The position numbers and the translations under genes were made by a program. From positions 1-63,748 of the IMG/VR virus record IMGVR_UViG_3300042465_003545: a stretch of 63,748 bases of DNA; one strand, given 5' to 3'. A model generated the notes under the pieces. The model had not been told where the DNA came from and did no database searches. It saw only the letters and a program-made list of their open reading frames with translations. Source of the DNA: a virus. Lineage: Duplodnaviria; Caudoviricetes. Below are positions 33,001 to 40,177 of this stretch, piece after piece; position 1 is the first letter of the stretch; each line of letters opens with the position of its first letter.

Positions 33001-35203
33001 TCTCCTCTTTAATCGTCTTGTCAGCTATCTTAGAAGACATAGCTCGTGTCGTAGAATATAACTTGCGAACTTGGTTAAACGTGAGTTCATCTAGGTTCCG
33101 CGTAGCAAGACTCTCTGGACCACCCGCCCCGAGAGTTGTCATACCTGCAACAAATAAACAGGAAAAAGACCCCGCAGCAATCGCGGAACCAAAAGCTTTT
33201 TGGTGCTTTTCCTCGTGGCTCATCGACTCGGGTAGCTGACTATAAATTGAAGCGTAGGTTCCTCCTGCTGCGCGTAGGAACGTAGTCGGTCCTGTTGCCG
33301 CGAGATTATTCAAGTAGCCGCCTTTACTAGACGCAAAAGTAGAGATATTATCCGCTATTGATCGGAGTGCGCTGCCTGTAAATTCCGACTTTGTTGCAGC
33401 AAGCGCAACTGACTCAGCAGCTTCCTTGCTCATACCCACCATCATGTTTTTTGCGGTGCGTGTAGCAAGGCTAGAGACCTCGCGCTTGACGACACTTGCA
33501 GCGGCCCCCCGCGCTGCAGCGCCGAGACCTGCTTTTGCTAGCGCGTAGGTTCCACCAGACACTGTGGATAAGGCGACGTCTATTACTATCTGGGGTAGCA
33601 TGTTAGCGATGTCTTGACCAACCCCAAATTTGTCTCCGAACATCTCAGCATAACGAGAGTAGCCCTCTGCTCCTTTACCCATTTCAGTAATAGTTGTTGC
33701 CGCGTCTTTGTTACCAAACAAAGCTGGAACAGCAACTGCTAGCGCCCCGATGCTCGTAAGGGTAGAATAAGCCATAGAACCTAGTCTATTTCTGAAGTTG
33801 TCGTAGTTGTCGTCATTGCTGACCCATTCGCTAATAAAGTCTGTGTCGGACTGACCTTTCTCTTTTGCTTTAGCATACGCCGTAACTGCATCCATATCAC
33901 GAGATGTGACAAGTCTGATCATCTCGGGAGCTTGAGCTTCGAGAGTCTTTGTCGCCGCGACGCGAGCCACGTTCTCCTGCGCAGCGTTGAGACCCGTAGC
34001 CGCGATCGCTTTATCCAACTCTTGTTTACGAGCTATAATTGCGGGGGACAAAATAGGAACTCCCGTGGACATCAATCGGATGCCTGTTTCTGGTTTGTCG
34101 GGGTTGTAGTTGGGTTGACTTCTAAGAGTTACGAAGTCATTACTAAAACGCTCAATTTCTTCCGCAGAGTATTTGCTGCCTATAGGCGAGCTAGCGATAA
34201 TTGCTGCAATGTCTGTGCGTTGTTTGAGAGCATTAGCGTTCTCGGCTTCGCCTCGTCTTTCAATACCTTCTTTGACAGCACCCAGTGACCCTAGAGGGGC
34301 AACTAGGCTTCCTTTTTTAGCTTCGCCCACAGTATAAACTACTGAGTCTTTTGCAGCGGAAACAAGATTACCAGTAGCCTCGGCTGCCGTATCCCAGAGC
34401 TTCCCAAAAAAACCTTTGTCCGCTTCCTCTTCGTCTTCCTTGCGCTTCTCGTTAATAGCGTCAACGGCTCCTGAGAAGTTTTCATCGCTGCCAGCAAGTA
34501 AGTCAACGTCACCAAAGAACTCGTTACTGCGTTCGACGTCTGCGTTGCTGCTAGTTCCAAACGCACTCGTCTGTAGCAAGTAGTTAACACCGCGTAAATC
34601 GTCTGAGCCAATAGCCCCCCGCGATACTAAGTCGTCGACAGATTTTCTAACGGTGTCTTCACTCCAGTTAGGTCCAGCCTTCAAAGACCTGTTACCGTCT
34701 TTGTCTACAATGGCAACAACAGGAACTTCGCCACGGTTAAGGGCACCAAGTTTTGACTTAGTGGTGATGTAAGGGTCTTTGATAATATCAGCAACACGAT
34801 CTTTGTAGCTGTCCGCTTGTTCGTTAAGTCCTAATCTGCGGGATGAAACATAGCGTCGAATAACATCTGCTTGGTCTTGATCAAGTAGGTCTTCCTCTTT
34901 GGCGTAGCCCGTAATTTGATTGTATACAAACTGTGCATCGGCATCAAACGTATCATCGGGTGCCCCCAGTGTTTGCTCGACTGCCTGTTTTTCTTCTTCA
35001 GTGGAATCCTCTCTAAGGATGTTTCTACTGTATAAAGATTTGCCCACCCCTTGTCGGATGCCCTCTTCTACTTCGTCGTTGTATGTTCCGTTCTTGAAGT
35101 GTTCTGCTCGGACGTATCCAGCAAAAGACTTTAATTGTTTAACGGGATCGGTTTCGGTCGAAGATTTCGACCACGTATCAAATGATTGGTTTAGTTCCGA
35201 CAT
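21032..35203 (-). CDS. Giant (4723-aa) polyvalent / internal virion protein with two HExxH metallopeptidase motifs and two ART-PolyVal-like segments
   Basis: HELTH at 26348-26362; HEVAH at 24515-24529; AWHYTS...FGGWFYFS...FFLNL...GYDSI...QIKS and AIHFS...FGNGFYA...RNPL...HDALVI; long coiled coils. Confidence 0.75.
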   Translation of the reverse strand: MSELNQSFDTWSKSSTETDPVKQLKSFAGYVRAEHFKNGTYNDEVEEGIRQGVGKSLYSRNILREDSTEEEKQAVEQTLGAPDDTFDADAQFVYNQITGYAKEEDLLDQDQADVIRRYVSSRRLGLNEQADSYKDRVADIIKDPYITTKSKLGALNRGEVPVVAIVDKDGNRSLKAGPNWSEDTVRKSVDDLVSRGAIGSDDLRGVNYLLQTSAFGTSSNADVERSNEFFGDVDLLAGSDENFSGAVDAINEKRKEDEEEADKGFFGKLWDTAAEATGNLVSAAKDSVVYTVGEAKKGSLVAPLGSLGAVKEGIERRGEAENANALKQRTDIAAIIASSPIGSKYSAEEIERFSNDFVTLRSQPNYNPDKPETGIRLMSTGVPILSPAIIARKQELDKAIAATGLNAAQENVARVAATKTLEAQAPEMIRLVTSRDMDAVTAYAKAKEKGQSDTDFISEWVSNDDNYDNFRNRLGSMAYSTLTSIGALAVAVPALFGNKDAATTITEMGKGAEGYSRYAEMFGDKFGVGQDIANMLPQIVIDVALSTVSGGTYALAKAGLGAAARGAAASVVKREVSSLATRTAKNMMVGMSKEAAESVALAATKSEFTGSALRSIADNISTFASSKGGYLNNLAATGPTTFLRAAGGTYASIYSQLPESMSHEEKHQKAFGSAIAAGSFSCLFVAGMTTLGAGGPESLATRNLDELTFNQVRKLYSTTRAMSSKIADKTIKEEIRKATSGAVKQFLVSGAREGGGEAFEEGVDQAFQMMVEDAALNRDTPIAEIGKNIWYAAGLGGLMGVGFNVAPQLAPTLTQKGKLNEDRKIMSARLQLFGEISGKLTDAGAPKTAEALAAVIAESNLPKETPVDTAVTPETIAELETVDWDPVSDPTTGLLADYEFSTAYFDGNGGKVMRDGAGNMILEFFKPLKTGETSVVLGDPADKASGRIERKSRIKVTKNEEGQIKAGSPVVKRGTINYALPHASYRPATKVSYNKKGKAVGLTVFRAKSIGGDSTMDIHITQEDALVETARYYGISLEPRTTEQVEAEKNTPPIEGSSKLNKERKDKQKAQIKEQRKQDATAAAEVNKTTTTKKRGKKAAATEDAPAAEAEIDVVAEPDGELAEVETVTNKGRSKIAEKILTSAGIEPSTASVVGDYIAKKVDPAGNMPTEEFRDKVSDAFRAMGGSVKGDAAEYSENADDYLEVDTYGRTPAEQAEAAKAFNAKVNTDRLQKNRAIAHLIVKGGEPLNVDKGVLVPSQSTILDPEIDFDYANLGQEELEQVISNLELAVETNPESVDLAEELEEATRVYNMIYVDEEDEGTSDFVEIPEEQRSSVMKALRSGAVTTVKFQYKGTVREGVVEKVARTKVTIGFDGISATVNVSQIDFTPFISIVNEEPEIEKEAPSPQSLKFAGVTLGTGTEALTPSEAAWVSGDPAIQEHLLSPQFSKLFSKNIIKDGSKRQYILENMREMAAKEGAAIADMAPVRIMGSQWFADIELAPADVSITPINAEGTTEDEAGATEDEVDTRTVSDITKTLQRIIKPLLELKQKMDRWTSDMDNPRSRKAYAQNKDKYEQLLKSTETRYSNEMAALENAEQGVDSFDVATSFALSQLDDYVAKADTAMAEALERAAEKERNKKVPSIVDYSTRDKWDKFRTEEERQAFDLLVAHGYPVTDFRRIFNPKGIDEANPNSYMLGKRLYLRELIQEKYPTFNVPTTTEEYKAFNQSDYIKWTNAEGASVKAPIVSETITDRDGKKTQSMVFTNDPAITMAQLEAGGTAGIFVDDKYLGKLNPSINVVNGFVTHVEPPYEQNQGQNATSASSNLNNIMDALDISSAFQEIPQAYVKVINPTSSNAEDLFNSLWVNTRDFLASSKTLRVGDEQQRINIIGDTVIGYTAALRMFVLASRVSDLVARSIQFKGKVGNWNYAVASQDKDGTLFLSVDPEQQANFITNRKALKEAVSEMSEAQLRGILDAQAMSNFIAAGVKLELAAATIEKTFPHLSKGMNFTGEVRHRAILSNFGMFMLQKSLGLKLFVPDADFTSRYSDFTSPPDLGKILTEVHGRHRTKKSNVASQVPSTSFDALLTASEEGSFTLEANLREDFDTFSSKLDRMSDILGAASSEDVEYSYANTEDSLTAAAEGDPMIRALLVDLVNKLDPTTVINDESSVSSVISALLYNVNIAGKVSGNTSYGFGAKLLVMGDAVKNLSTSTEGRKLAAYMYYLGWLPDRAQFEGMDQAPSVKDVQARLETLPITRGTLRPPTKQETKKGPNELDFINDYYDSVVKITTSEEGAGIRRLIQREADHRKALTTAENFLKLAVKQRGSVRIIITEDARNLIKGLQEQISHIEDRKGGLSNSIRSLNSFIANADNQEFRNRNKEYANMTVIEAQVRVSALNIELDELLEMRKHKEGQIDIISGVHPLTRKVNHFKRVVESLQKGVKFYSVRKHLTEFYQGATVTPIPEPELGAPKPQPVRGYNTRTIRFGEATVADLRQTIATLEAELPKLVNEQKKAVQDMSNKGSKLGAKLQKASEVLGEAQVAFNESKQAAAPTKKAATKEVNALKKAEARTQKAAEALLSFDNKVADLKSQLARSMSLDEVASGTALDKHPTVVASNKAIQNRDSAMANIRSIRDDIRGIRDTTDAFREDRAILIVELNNPRKKPAAKRKSEIKKEIKQLSDAEYENDALIAAKELEIQTVSKSLEGLRQKAVDLEIERRKLDVPDVVSAKTIKLREQITEAEGSRVPLADEAALAESEAQYTRDSVAMATTVSLQEVDTAAASVEATARLEKAQADYQAIQDQLTPIETRAVEARSNLNALQTKLNMMRVELSTRTTGRNIRASLSDTAVRLIDERIRINTQEAQEMGLNESTEKALRHIAKNGAPHLRIMANLLLSNLDIVSQIRVSMTNIDPQVAGLYINDTLVILNMAGHNGRGLGDVLIHELTHALTVNALKDPKIAKRIESLRILAKRKFTEAGFPVDDAFYRHAFSDNEEFLSAVFTDKHVQDILRNVEVAGGRSWLQRIWDAITSIFGNRSKQVDTALDELIRFVDMSAMTYGSRSASIKQRSAVDAADAAYDRARIRLNNKTMDLIESMAGGDMNLRFAGNALTGADYARHADLESRKGSLTPDELAEAQALVDKAARGVGFDTEAWHYTSSPEQFTEFDSSMAGDFGGWFYFSPKNVNRSGKSNSRLAGKFFLNLGNTLIKPSYETVAGVGTPNSYITEADTDGYDSITGTEQGLGGVEVAEYITKSPAQIKSAEPFTGVPLQERFSPMSNDIRFSPSEEPSLSIRAIHFSREPMSLKNEVSQEERDNVFGNGFYAMEEQDEAMWSNMGRWTRGAFRNEVTINARNPLVITPASYLELFTEAEKQSKERGYARIVLETAMLERMRAGSHDALVIRGFNSDRIQTLQEEAGNRISKVFTPQFEEGRTSGRFTNGAERDVVAERVSQEVAGMPYDALFYLSYMQNQIFVPPQNTLSVVAEGTKPPSSIESRIRNILPAGFNLVEDTFITQPFGVKGSTIMFNPEVAARSVEDADPELQDQILSTLIKHEVAHVAANAVMKPEDYDAVAEGLGSDIMDKVASDYYRAAYPDVAERKRVIEEDRSSGQLTDRVLAAEWFRSKVEKAVNGKSTEEVIRELKGNKTLIGTFLKYFQEFLAILRGGQKDSFSLGVAADISKASRIYEDLLNNGIPKAEPEPQEGVGHTAELIEAIRTGQGNQAFFVQPIAFADKKNTTVETVWGRISKLIRNLPADINKLVRDREGDIRAAQFLMERFAPHYKRFLEPALKAGADINDVGMILGTTAPTMDDAAVARVDVVVEAFRKTIASGTPVDEVDKLVSAEKTRALAAEKKIQDTAFLNNQKAATARMDAIAPEFSKFLQLFRKEIDKRQDAIGYSHSAGIYLTRTYKFFNTEGWASAARDADGATYRLNGEEINFGDLRAKAAQSYEADVIAEYAEAGTTLTPSLLTRGVQDKLDNLLKWLSENATVDKGESLSQDLRRFMPKNNVDSAVRELLGETKNPMENALRTLHYVGVLAANKKALTAIKDSLLLSGLGSDTEKAGYVQIFGTGVTKSREPLGGLYVRADIAKELEAEFGSNARKLMKHTEGVLNKVTGGLAKMSGAAMTTKTLMTIGFYTRNILSNQVVLIAAQGIIPLASSGLDLYKSYRLSGIANFESRGKDATEAELAEIQELIRLGVLRDSSSRGQFDDLMRGYADRAGVTFETAMDDIIKVASKGDLNALQNMASRVAGGAKGTIEFLAAVNSWVDDACKAQVYFFEKNELAKAYPSNTAEWHSEQAATKVKLTMPSHSEQLDIVRSFNRNPLSLFVFPFARWKTEVLRTYVNTQKLAYREITSGNSRMFVRGLRRLAGSATVTTMGMTALNSVLAAAFRLFTGQDDEEDKDKDKNAVVVDDPAVLSALRVAYPEYQKGHSLRVTTNGRELSVIDMTAIHPYATLIDSATIIREGLATGKGVDTKKLASYFASQFVGSQIASGAVLDIVNNQNDFGQKIYEETDDSLVQVRKMITYVGAQAYKPGIVAKIQASTRKGEANPDYIWAGEFLGARPKVYTLDQVARAGFYSLKSESDSIKRQRSALSSGRAISEEDVRDIMVTTQEADDRTQARLHQFMNAMRSVGTSERVIVQRAVATGMSKKRVAEAIEGRNTTWRGNADWEKGMIDNVTQTGEADARERSAMIDRAYDSMPRETSVRNIK

Positions 35204-35229
35204 AGCGGTAGTTATTTATACTTTTTTGG

Positions 35230-36171
35230 TTAGAATCGATTTATGGTAGCTTGAGTAGTAGCAGAGGTTGTGGGGGTAGTTGAACTAGGATTAGTCTTGA
35301 GTAGAATTTCTTTAACTCTAGTGCGGAGTCCGTCGCTGTATTGTCGGCGTTTTGTATCGTCTTTCTCGTTGCGGATATTAGTGGCGAGGGCGGCTATAGC
35401 AGCAGTGTCTTCAGGAGTTCCGAACATCTTTGCTGCTCGGCTTCCAGTAAATTCTACACTAGAGTCATCAGACAGGTTATTCCACGCGCTTACCTCCTTG
35501 GAGAGGTCGTCGTAGTTCCTTAGACGTGTTGCTGTTTCTTTTTCAGCAACGTCCATTTTTTGTTTGTCCGCAGCGTATTGCTTTCTTTGCTCAAACGCGT
35601 AACGCATAGCCTTAGCCGCGACAGTGGCTGGCGCAGGAGCGTTAAGGTCAGTATCGTCTCTAATTCCTACGAGATCAAGCGGGGCTCCTTCTTTAATCAA
35701 ATCACCGTATGTAATACTTGGACGCATAGACGAACCTTTGTTAGCCCCATAAGTAGCGGAGCGGAAAGCTTGTTCGACAACAGGATTACGAGCAATGCTA
35801 TTCGCGTTGCGCACTCCAAAGACAGAGAGACGACGAAGTTTGCTGTCCTCATCGGGATCGGCAACAATGCTTTCGAGCTCCTGTTCGAGCACGGGCATTT
35901 GATTGAATATGTTACGCTCCTGATCCATATCGTCACGCGTCTTCTGCAACCGCAAGCTAGCGTCTTGAAATCTCAGATCACGGTCACGAAGATCTTGGGC
36001 GTTGCCCTGCATCTTCATTGACGCATCGACATACTTTAACTCGTCCTCAAGGGACTGACCAATCATCCGCTGTTTCTGCGCAGCGGATAGGTTACGGGAA
36101 CCCAAAATGGAACCAAAGAATTTACGCTGCATCGGGGCAACGTCTTGGGAGTATGAGAATGGGTCAGCCAT
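35230..36171 (-). CDS. Putative internal virion / ejection protein
   Basis: 313 aa, helical, directly upstream of the giant protein. Confidence 0.55.
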   Translation of the reverse strand: MADPFSYSQDVAPMQRKFFGSILGSRNLSAAQKQRMIGQSLEDELKYVDASMKMQGNAQDLRDRDLRFQDASLRLQKTRDDMDQERNIFNQMPVLEQELESIVADPDEDSKLRRLSVFGVRNANSIARNPVVEQAFRSATYGANKGSSMRPSITYGDLIKEGAPLDLVGIRDDTDLNAPAPATVAAKAMRYAFEQRKQYAADKQKMDVAEKETATRLRNYDDLSKEVSAWNNLSDDSSVEFTGSRAAKMFGTPEDTAAIAALATNIRNEKDDTKRRQYSDGLRTRVKEILLKTNPSSTTPTTSATTQATINRF

Positions 36172-36179
36172 AAATTTAA

Positions 36180-36839
36180 TTAGTAAGGAGCCGTGCCATA
36201 CTTGGCGGGGTCCAAAGCAAACTGTGCTCGCAGCTTACGTTGAATACGCTCATCGCGAAGCTTGTTGTCTTTTTCTATTCGAGAATCTGCGTAGTCACGA
36301 GCAGCCGCACTTGGTTTACCGACGTCTTGGGTTTCCCGAAGTCTTTGACGTTGCTCATAATCCCACTGACCGAAGGGCTTACCATCGATCTTACCCTGCA
36401 TAGCTACTCGATCGGTAGCCGTGGGGGGCGCGGGAGTAAGTAAAGGAGTCCCGCTATTAGGAGTCTGGTTACTGACTGGCGTGGCGCTAGCGACAGCCAC
36501 AGGAGCTATGGGAGTCGCGGCGGGCGTAGCAGTAACGCCGCCCGTAGTAGGCGCTTGGTTCGCAAGGTTAGCCATCCGCATATTGTTCTGCGCCATACGC
36601 GATGTAGCGGCGGCAGACTCTTCTTGTTTAGTCTCGTAAGACTTCCAACGCGGTCCTTCTTGGGGGATGTCCTCAATCTTTGCTTGCTCTGCCGCAGCAG
36701 CAGCTTGCCCAGCCTCGCGGGTATACCCTTGCCTACGCAAACTACGAGCGGCACGATTAAGTGCCCCCGATTTAGTTCCCATCTGGCGAGTGGCGTCGGG
36801 TCCTGATAACGCTGCTGTGGAGTTGCCGTAAGAATACAT
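36180..36839 (-). CDS. Putative internal virion / ejection protein
   Basis: 219 aa, Ala/Thr/Pro-rich, in the same operon as the giant protein. Confidence 0.55.
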   Translation of the reverse strand: MYSYGNSTAALSGPDATRQMGTKSGALNRAARSLRRQGYTREAGQAAAAAEQAKIEDIPQEGPRWKSYETKQEESAAATSRMAQNNMRMANLANQAPTTGGVTATPAATPIAPVAVASATPVSNQTPNSGTPLLTPAPPTATDRVAMQGKIDGKPFGQWDYEQRQRLRETQDVGKPSAAARDYADSRIEKDNKLRDERIQRKLRAQFALDPAKYGTAPY

Positions 36840-36895
36840 GCACGTGTAATAACAGAAACACCAAAAAATGCAACTGCTAAATTAAAAAAGTTACC

Positions 36896-37168
36896 ACTGT
36901 TCAAACGCTCCGTGCGTGTGCGCGCACGGCTACACGATAAAGTCTTCTATTCTTTTGTATTCCCATTTGGGTAGTTATGTTAGATTTTAGGAACTACCCA
37001 AATGGTCATACACCGTTTTAGAAAAACTTTTCATACTTTTCAACTTTCTGTTAGACCGCTAGCCTTATAAAATCATTCTTTTGGGGCTAATTCTTTTCTC
37101 CCTTAGTGTATGGACAGGCTGCGTCTATTCTTCAAAATCTAACAGAACAGACGCAGCCTGTCCATACA
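36896..37168. repeat. Duplicated non-coding twin-hairpin element, copy 2
   Basis: Direct repeat of 7991-8275; hairpins at 36956-37012 and 37107-37168. Confidence 0.9.
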
Positions 37169-37179
37169 ACACACCGACG

Positions 37180-38988
37180 TTATTCGAGACGAGAATGAGA
37201 CGATCTACTTGTGACGTCGAGGTCTTTCATAGTGGCAGGACCACGCCGTTGAAACAGGTGAAGCCCAGAACTATTGTCATCTTTTTTCCGTGGTTCGGTG
37301 GCTGTCAAACCGAAACGAGTTCTCGCTAGGTCGACGGCTATGAACGCCGCGTCTGCTAAGTCTGGGGAGTGCCCTAGTCTGCCCTTTAGTTCGCCCTTCG
37401 ACTCAGCCCTTACTCGCGTCCCGTTTCCTTTGACGACATCATATCTGCGAGACGTTAACTCCCGCGCCATGTCTGTCGTGACCCCAAAGACTTGAAAGTT
37501 GCGCATAAGTTCTTTCGCAATAAACCACAACTCGGTTACCCGATTCACATACACGTCTGACCCTACCAGCTTAGAATTCTGGCTAACGCGCTTCTCTGAT
37601 GCAACGCCGCCGAACGATACCCTTAGAATACCCGAGTCCCACTCACCCGCTACGACGTCACAGAACGGAGCTCCTGCTCCCGTTGCATCGATCGCTACGT
37701 TACTCGCGGGAACTTTTCTCTTTGCACATTCTCGCTTAATGATCTCGACAATTTGGTATGTGCGAGGAACCGCTTTGTTCGTAACGTCATCATTGATTGT
37801 TATTGCCTCGTCGAAGCGAATAGCAAGCTGACCTGCTGTGTTCACACCTACGGTTGCAAAGACCATCATAGTCGCGTCGCCCCCGTTAGTGAACGCAGGG
37901 TCAATCCCGCATATCTTATCCGTCTTACCTACAAAGTCAGTAAGCTGCGTCGCCTTGTTGCGTATCAAATCTGCTTCACTATAGATTGAATCATCCTCGT
38001 CGGAGTCAAAGAATACAGCGCGGATCATTCGATAGTAGAGTCGACTTGTCTCGCCCATCAATCTCTTGTCTTCTACGATCTGATCTTCGCTGGGAAGGAA
38101 CACATACTTTGTGTAGCCCGCTTTTATGTTGGGGCTTCTCTCCCCGTCTAGGCGAATATACTTCCCTCCCCACCGCGTCTTCCAAGTAAAGTCAAGCATG
38201 ACGTCCACAGTGTCCCACCCGTCCATAGGCGCTGACCAAATACCAAACGCGTCAAATCGGGAGGACGGGTTACTAAGCCCCACACATTGAAAGAATGGGT
38301 TTTTCGATAAGTTGGCGATAGCCGCACTGATAATCGACTCAGACAACTCACCGAGCTCGTCAGCAATTAAGATAAGCCTCTTCTGTTTAATACCAATCAG
38401 CTTACCAATCGCTTCTTTTGTTCGCGACCTCTCGGCAGCAATAAGCGAAAGACCCGCGGTATCAAAGGTCGTGCCATTCTCATCGACGTAGTTCGCGCTA
38501 CCAATGGAATCCCGAATATTTATCGGGGCTCCTTCAATCACACTCAGTAATCGGATTACGGAACCCCATACCCGTTTACGGGCTTCACGCAACGATGTAG
38601 ACGTGATCAAGACCATAGTGTCTCTTGGGCGCGACAACCACTGGATAATGCCGTAGCCCGCCAGTGTGTGGCTTTTACCACTACTTGCGGCTCCGCCTAC
38701 TGACAGATATTTATTGTTCAGGCACTCCCATATGATCTCCTCAGCCCACTCATGTCTAATGAACAAGGGTTCAGGTAGCTCGGGGTTGCACCACAGTAAC
38801 TCTGCTACGCGCCAGAAGTAATACTCTTTAGCTTTTAGATTAGGGTGATTCGCGAATCCCCACAGTAAAGCGGTAAGGGTTCCTGTTTCGGGAATAACGT
38901 AACTGTCAACCTCTGTTCTTCCACACGGGCTGCGCTTCGGTTCCAGTGTCGGGTGGAGCGGCGTGTGCGTCGTCGTTGTCGTTAACAT
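37180..38988 (-). CDS. terL: Terminase large subunit
   Basis: Walker A GGAASSGKS, Walker B LIADE, LSNP; nuclease motifs GIDPA...GGD and SPDLADA. Confidence 0.9.
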   Translation of the reverse strand: MLTTTTTHTPLHPTLEPKRSPCGRTEVDSYVIPETGTLTALLWGFANHPNLKAKEYYFWRVAELLWCNPELPEPLFIRHEWAEEIIWECLNNKYLSVGGAASSGKSHTLAGYGIIQWLSRPRDTMVLITSTSLREARKRVWGSVIRLLSVIEGAPINIRDSIGSANYVDENGTTFDTAGLSLIAAERSRTKEAIGKLIGIKQKRLILIADELGELSESIISAAIANLSKNPFFQCVGLSNPSSRFDAFGIWSAPMDGWDTVDVMLDFTWKTRWGGKYIRLDGERSPNIKAGYTKYVFLPSEDQIVEDKRLMGETSRLYYRMIRAVFFDSDEDDSIYSEADLIRNKATQLTDFVGKTDKICGIDPAFTNGGDATMMVFATVGVNTAGQLAIRFDEAITINDDVTNKAVPRTYQIVEIIKRECAKRKVPASNVAIDATGAGAPFCDVVAGEWDSGILRVSFGGVASEKRVSQNSKLVGSDVYVNRVTELWFIAKELMRNFQVFGVTTDMARELTSRRYDVVKGNGTRVRAESKGELKGRLGHSPDLADAAFIAVDLARTRFGLTATEPRKKDDNSSGLHLFQRRGPATMKDLDVTSRSSHSRLE

Positions 38989-39054
38989 AAAATAGTCATA
39001 TACGCTAATTACTTTGTTGACAAACTAAAAATTTAAGAGTATCCCAGTGGCGGT

Positions 39055-39675
39055 ATGGATGAAAGAAAAGAAGATGAGCCTCCTATGGTATCCGCTGACC
39101 CGAGAGAACTACTCAAACAAAAAGCAGTAGAACTCTTTACGGTAAAGGGGTTAAGTAAGATTGACATCTCCGTGGAGCTCGGCATCTCGCGCCCTACACT
39201 AAACAAATGGCTGAAGGAACTTGGAGTAACAACGAGCACCCCCCACGTCATGGTTCCCGTAAAAGATAAAGTCATTGGGGAGAAGCTCGATGAGTTCCTC
39301 GACGCCGCACTCCAAGGTCAGCTACCTAACATCAAATACCAGCCAGAAGATCGTGCGTCACCCGAAGAAGTAAGTGACGCTCGTATCCAAGAACGTGCTG
39401 ATCTTGCGACATCAGCAGAAAGTAACATGACTCCTGCCGATAGATACGCGGCGTATACTGCTGCCCAAGGGATACGCATTATGCGAGATGCGTTTCCCTC
39501 AATCAGGACACCGACTACCGTAAAGGAGTTGGAGATTTTGGACAGCATAATTCGGCGCAATCTAGGTCTCGACAAACGAGGGGGTCAGGGGTCCCTCAAG
39601 ATTGACCTCAACATTCTAAACAACAGCAAGGCGTCTCCAAAGGGAGCCGTAATCGACATAAAGCAAGAAGACTAA
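39055..39675 (+). CDS. HTH DNA-binding protein (terminase small subunit or regulator)
   Basis: HTH motif SKIDISVELGISRPTLNKWL; divergent from terL; TTGACA-17-TATCCC upstream (39017-39045). Confidence 0.6.
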   Translation: MDERKEDEPPMVSADPRELLKQKAVELFTVKGLSKIDISVELGISRPTLNKWLKELGVTTSTPHVMVPVKDKVIGEKLDEFLDAALQGQLPNIKYQPEDRASPEEVSDARIQERADLATSAESNMTPADRYAAYTAAQGIRIMRDAFPSIRTPTTVKELEILDSIIRRNLGLDKRGGQGSLKIDLNILNNSKASPKGAVIDIKQED

Positions 39676-39679
39676 TAGT

Positions 39680-40177
39680 ATGATCATAGGAATTGATAAC
39701 GGGTTAAAGGGAGCACTGGTTGCGCTAAGCGGAGATGGGTCGTTCTTGTTTTCGTGCAGGATGCCCACGGAGTTAAACACCCAGTGTGGGAAGAACGAAG
39801 TCAAACTTGAGGAAGTTCTATCAATCGTCCGTAGGTGGGAAGCTGTAAAAGACCGCACTACTGCAACGACAATAGTAATCGAGGAGCCCCTACACGCAGC
39901 GGGTTCGTCCCAGTCACTACGGTCTATGGCGATGAGTTTCGGAGGGATTCGAGGAATACTTATCGGAAATGGTTACAAAGTAATTAGGATGCAAGTGGGC
40001 GAGTGGCAGGATAAGATGATCGGACGTGGACCTAAGGGCACGTCAAAGATTAGGGCACTTGCCGCAGCCAAAAAGATATGGCCACTAGAATCTTTTATTC
40101 CCGCAGGGGGGAAGGCGGCGAACGACGGTATCGTCGACGCTGCGTTGATAGCAGAATACTACAGAACTAAAAAGTAA
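39680..40177 (+). CDS. RuvC-like Holliday junction resolvase
   Basis: IIGIDNGLKGAL, VIEE, FG, W and DGIVDAALIA. Confidence 0.85.
   Translation: MIIGIDNGLKGALVALSGDGSFLFSCRMPTELNTQCGKNEVKLEEVLSIVRRWEAVKDRTTATTIVIEEPLHAAGSSQSLRSMAMSFGGIRGILIGNGYKVIRMQVGEWQDKMIGRGPKGTSKIRALAAAKKIWPLESFIPAGGKAANDGIVDAALIAEYYRTKK

Noticed and set aside
21032-35203. Giant protein as a virion RNA polymerase (N4- or crAss-like)
   Set aside because: I found no DxDGD or T7-type polymerase motif by eye, and late genes have sigma70-like promoters. A structure search is needed to exclude it fully.
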